64,000 nucleotides of DNA from Azolla caroliniana (taxonomy: Eukaryota; Plantae; Polypodiophyta): positions 5,890,001-5,954,000 of the forward strand of contig JBHGNT010000014.1 of the NCBI GenBank assembly GCA_043228905.1, given 5' to 3'. Made by a program: the position numbers and the translations under genes. Positions 59,701-64,000 of this stretch are shown piece by piece (position 1 is the stretch's first letter; the number at the start of each line of letters is the position of its first letter). The notes under the pieces are model-generated. The model saw only the letters and a list, made by a program, of their open reading frames with translations. It was not told where the DNA came from and made no database searches.

Positions 59701-62257
59701 AATCGTCAATAAAACTGACGAAGTAAGAGGCACCGCCGAGAGACTGATGCGGCATTGGGCCACAGACGTCCGAGTGGACTAAATCGAGAGGTCTCGTTTC
59801 TCTTGGTGCTGATGTCGGGTGTGATGCGGCTGCTTGTTTGCCATACTGGCAATGTTCGCAGAATTGATGGTCCGAGAAGGAGAGTTTAGGGATGTATCCG
59901 GCTCTAGATAGGTGCGTGATGCCAGCCTTGCTGAGGTGTCCTAATCTTCTGTGCCATAGTGATGACACAGGAATATCCACCAAAAATAGGTTACCCTCTC
60001 TGAGCGTAACATGTAACGGATACAGTAAGTGTATCTTGGGTTCTCTAGCAAGCAGGAGGTTCCCCCTGTGGAGTGTCCACCCTCCCGAAGAAAAACCGGC
60101 ACGAATGCCGTCTTCATCTAGTTGTCCGACTGAGATCAATGGCCTTGAGAGCTCGGGTACATGTCGGACATTGTGAAGTACAAGTGTAGAGCCACCTGCA
60201 AGGTTGAGCTCTACTGTGCCGATTCCAATGATGTCACAGTGTTGCGAGTTGCCGACTCGAACTCAGTCGGAGTGACGGATCGTATATTGCCGAAATTGGG
60301 ATCGATGAGGAGTCACGTGAAATGACGCGCCCGAATCTAAGAGCCATGTGCTCGATTCTTCAGTCGTGAGCAGAACTTCTGATCCGACTGGATTTTCGAT
60401 TGATAGTATATTCGGGTCGTTTGGTAGTACATCGGCTGAGAAGCTGACGTAATTGATCTCCTCATGCCGGCCACTCTTCTTGTCTGATTTCTGAGACTTG
60501 TCGTTCTTGTTCTTGAGTGCGCGGCAGTCGGCTTTGATATGTCCGGGTTTCTTGCAATAGTTGCAGATTCGATTATCCCGTGACTGGCTCCGTCTTCGCT
60601 GATTGTTCGGCTGCCGTGAGGAATCTCTTCCTCGTATGTTCGATCGGTCTGTCGAACCTTGTACTACGTAAGCGTCGTCTGTTGAGTCTTTGGCGAAAGA
60701 CTTTCTCCGAGCTGCTTCGGTCAGGATTGCGCTCGTGACTTCGGAGTATTTAACAGCCGTGGTTGACGCGTTGCACACGGTTGTGACGAAAGTTTCCCAG
60801 GATGAGGGAAGGCTGCTCATGAGTATCATTGCTCTGAGTTCATCCTCGATTGTCGTCCCCTAAGATGAGATTTGGGAGCTTATGCTTTCGTACTCATTGA
60901 GATGTGCTTGAACCGAATCGGATTCTTTCATCCGCAAGTTGTAGAGGCGCCGGATCAGAAACATCTTTGTTGCAGCGACCTTCTTTTCGTAGGTGTCCGA
61001 CAGTGTTTTCCACAGTTCGAATGCTGTCGTACACGATTGCACCGTAAAGTATACCGATTCCGATAGGTGCATCCGAATCGTGGCGCGGACGATTCTGTCC
61101 AGCTTCTGCCACTCAATTGGTTTGTATCCTTCTGGAGGTTCTTCATTTTCGATGGGATCGATTTGCCCCTTAACTATGAGATAGTCCTGCATTTGCTCCT
61201 TCCAGAAGTTGAAGTTCGATCCATCGAACTTTCGTAGACTCATTTCTGACGAGCCGGATGTGGATGCCATCAAATTTGGTTTCGGTTGACGAAGCTCGGT
61301 TCGGAGTCGACTATGAACCTCGTTGGAGTGCAGCCGATTGGCTCACCCGATATCGTTCTAGTCGGATTTGAACCCGAGTCGGTTCGGCTTCGGATATATG
61401 TATTGTTGAACTTGCTCGAATTGACTCCGGTAACTTGAGGGACAGAACCGACTGGTCTTCCCGAGTGTTGCCGAGTCGGAGTGAGCCCGGTTCGCTTCCG
61501 AATATATATGCCAAATACCGATTATTGAAACCGATTGTCTGGACCGATTCTGCTTCGGGTGACTGCAGCGACGAGAGAGACGGATCCAACTGATCCTCCC
61601 GAATGTCGATCAGCCGGATGAAACACGAATTTGGGTTGTTGTCCTTGAAGTCGTCGTTGTGCAGGAAGCCCACCTCAAGCAGTTACGATCAGGGAAGTAG
61701 AGTACAGCCGACTGGCTTACTCCGAGTGATGATCTAACGCAGCGAGATTCAAGCTTGTGTTTGCCTACTTTCTTCTCTGTTTCTTCAAATGACGCAAGAG
61801 GCCGAATGCTTTGCAGACTAGGATGAAGCGAAAGGCCGAATACTGTGCAGGCTGTGATGAAGCGAAGAACCGAATGCTGTGCAGGCTGAGACGACGGCCG
61901 ACAGCGGGATGAAGGACCGAATACTGTGCAGGCTCTGATACCAGATGTTGGGAACAAGGCCGTCAATGTGTAGGATCAAACACCATTCGATTAGGGTTGA
62001 ATACCTGCGTATGACAGTTTCTGAGGTCGTGCACAGAGATGGAGAGAAAGAGAGAGAGAGAGAGACACAGAGGCACAAAAGACTCTTTATTCCATAAGAA
62101 AATAATACAACACCCAACCTTACAAAGAGGTTACTAGGTCACTTTATATAGTGACCGACTTAGGGCAACTACCCTTTACGCTAATTACACAAATGGCCCA
62201 AACTAGAGCTATACAAGGGATAGTGTGAATACGTCCATTATACACTTGTATTCGACA
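56734..62257 (-). mobile_element. Full-length, young Ty1/copia element (Copia-4), TSD GGGGC
   Basis: 312-bp LTRs 61946-62257 and 56734-57045 (2 differences seen by eye). PBS TGGTATCAGAGCC 61931-61943, PPT 57046-57052. GGGGC at 56729-56733 and 62258-62262. Confidence 0.97.
57239..61273 (-). pseudogene. Copia-4 gag-pol, one reading frame with two premature stops (60860-60862, 60263-60265)
   Basis: ORFs 60860-61273, 60263-60829 and 57239-60139 are in the same frame. CNYCKKPGHIKADC, WLLDSGAS, IN, YVDD and RNase H all present. Confidence 0.95.
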
Positions 62258-62916
62258 GGGGCGCCTTTGCGCCCCAGATGTACCCATCCAGGCGTTTCTT
62301 CACGAGCCATCGGCGTAAGGCAGTAGAGATGAAGTTCAACATCGCCAGAGTAGGTTCGTGGGGAGGAGACTGGTGGTTGCGGTGGGCTGGAGCTCTGTGA
62401 TAGGATGGAGGAGAAGGTGAGGGGGAGGAGCGATGGGAGCGCTGATAGTTAGAAGGTGGGTTTCTGTTTTGTGCAGAAGATCTTCTATTTCCTTCTTTTT
62501 GTGGCTTAGGGTTCATTGGGCGGTGAGCCATCGTGGTGCCGCGTGTTCTTGATCTAGGAGTCTGTGCATGCATTTAGTCCGTTTAATAGTGTCGCTATCT
62601 TCTCTCTCTTTTTTGTTTTTTTTTTCATAAGGGTTACATACAACCTATTTTTACATTATGGTACAAGTGGGGCCGTCCATTTACGCTGCGGGTTCTCCGG
62701 CTCTGTCCTGTTTGGTAGTGAATGGGTTAGGTGGTGTAGGGCCCAGGTAAGGTTTAAGGCGAAATCCATTCACCTTTTGCCGTAGTACTTCCCCGGCCAG
62801 CATACCTAGTTGGAACGTGCCTTGTTCTGCTCCAATTATCCAGTACGGGCCGGTCCAGCGGAATCATAACTTCCTTGGCATATGGCCCATGCGGGTTTGG
62901 AAAACCAGCACCGCTT

Positions 62917-64000
62917 TGTTACCGGCCGGCAAAGGAGTCCAGAGTGGGAAACGGAGAGCTAATTAAGTAGTAGGAATGTGGTTGTAATTAAGCTATGAGT
63001 GTGGACGGACGGACCGGAAACGGTATGCCGTTCCGGATCCGGACCGATCCCGAACAGGTGCGGAGGGCACCGTTTTGTAATACTGACCAGAAACCTATTT
63101 AAAGGCCCGGATACAATGTAATTGTTAGCGGTTAATTAATGAAAGCTTAAGCGTTGTTATATCTCTGTGTTAATTTCCGTTCTGTCTTAATTGTTATATC
63201 TTACGCGTGTTATGAAGATGATCCTAATAAGTAACTTAACTAAGTCGGATTAAGCGTTGAAGTCTAATCCGGTTGCCGTAACACCCTTTGGTGAAGTGTC
63301 TCCCGTAGACACCCTGTGTTAGGCCATTGTCCGGCCCGAAGAGTAACACAGTTTTTGGCGACCACGATTCCTGTTTTTACAGCGAACGACGGCACGGATG
63401 GATGTCTAGATCAACGCACGACCTGGTTACAGATCCAACTCGACGCCTTGCCGAAAGGCAAAGGAGACGCGGGGCTTTCCAGCAAGTGGTGTAGGAAATT
63501 AGAGCGGATCGCTCGTTTTCCAACGTAATCCGGAGAGTAGCGGAGGACTCCCTCTGGTTACAGGAAACATCGCACCCGGACGACGACAGCAGCCTAAGTA
63601 GCCTCCGGGAAACCGAATCCCTTCTCCACGCGTTGGCAAACGAAGAAGGCGAAGCAGAGGCCTTTTTAGCATATGAATTGGACTCCGAAGGGGAATACAA
63701 CGTGCACACGAACTACCGTAGCAGCAACGAAACCCCGGGCGGACCGGAGGACGAAGGATCAGATACCTTACCGACACCGGAACCGGAACCGGAAGTGCTA
63801 ACGCTGGAACCCCCGGAACCAACAGAAGAAGAACGACCTCCGACACTGGAAGTCGAAGAGGAGAGGCCTCCGTCACCAAAGGAAGAGAAACAACCGGAAC
63901 CGGAATCAAATCGGGAAAGACCACCGACATCGGAGAAAATTCCGAAACGAGCACCAACAATACCAGCCCGCGCACCGATACCGGATGACGACATGCCGTT
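62917..64000 (+). mobile_element. 5' end of another gypsy element: LTR 62917-63348, tRNA-Arg-like PBS, start of a P/E-rich ORF running off the window
   Basis: TGTTAC...GTAACA termini; TGGCGACCAC at 63356-63365. The frame from ATG 63402 has one stop and is then open to 64000. Inserted in the integrase of the minus-strand gypsy. Confidence 0.78.

Larger units (their letters stand above)
53646..62916 (-). mobile_element. Non-chromovirus (Athila/Tat-like) gypsy element, 3' half: integrase C-terminus, extra ORF and probable 3' LTR (~53646-54082); hosts Copia-4
   Basis: VLVFQTR...KL*FRWTGPYWI...KVNGFRLKPY at ~62720-62915. Broken extra ORF 62573-62258 plus 56733-54466. LTR-like segment with minus-strand TATATAAAG at ~53958-53966; its boundaries are uncertain. 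Confidence 0.65.

Overview
Eukaryotic land-plant genomic DNA, most likely from a non-seed plant (moss, lycophyte or fern; inferred from a Tcn1-like chromovirus and a Sola2-like transposase). The first ~20 kb is AT-rich. It holds decayed L1-type LINE fragments, a solo LTR, a hAT MITE and the only clear host gene, an uninterrupted 857-aa ORF (12096-14669, minus; RPIAPKP / DUF7950-like family) with a 5' UTR intron and an ACGT-rich promoter. From ~20.7 kb to the end, the window is an almost continuous nest of transposons: four Ty1/copia elements with both LTRs and TSDs, older copia remnants, a chromovirus, several non-chromovirus gypsy LTRs and fragments, and a split, intron-containing Sola2-like DNA transposase. 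Most interesting signals: (1) two solo LTRs that each carry an antisense tRNA-like (Pol III A/B box) module; (2) a gypsy LTR group with 4-bp CG-centred target duplications and a tRNA-Trp PBS; (3) a chromovirus whose PBS is complementary to its own LTR (Tf1-type self-priming) and which has a -1 frameshift signal; (4) the Sola2-like gene with spliceosomal introns, broken by an inversion; (5) a shared LINE 3'-end motif, including a head-to-head pair. All calls were made by eye without database searches; coordinates may be off by a few bases.
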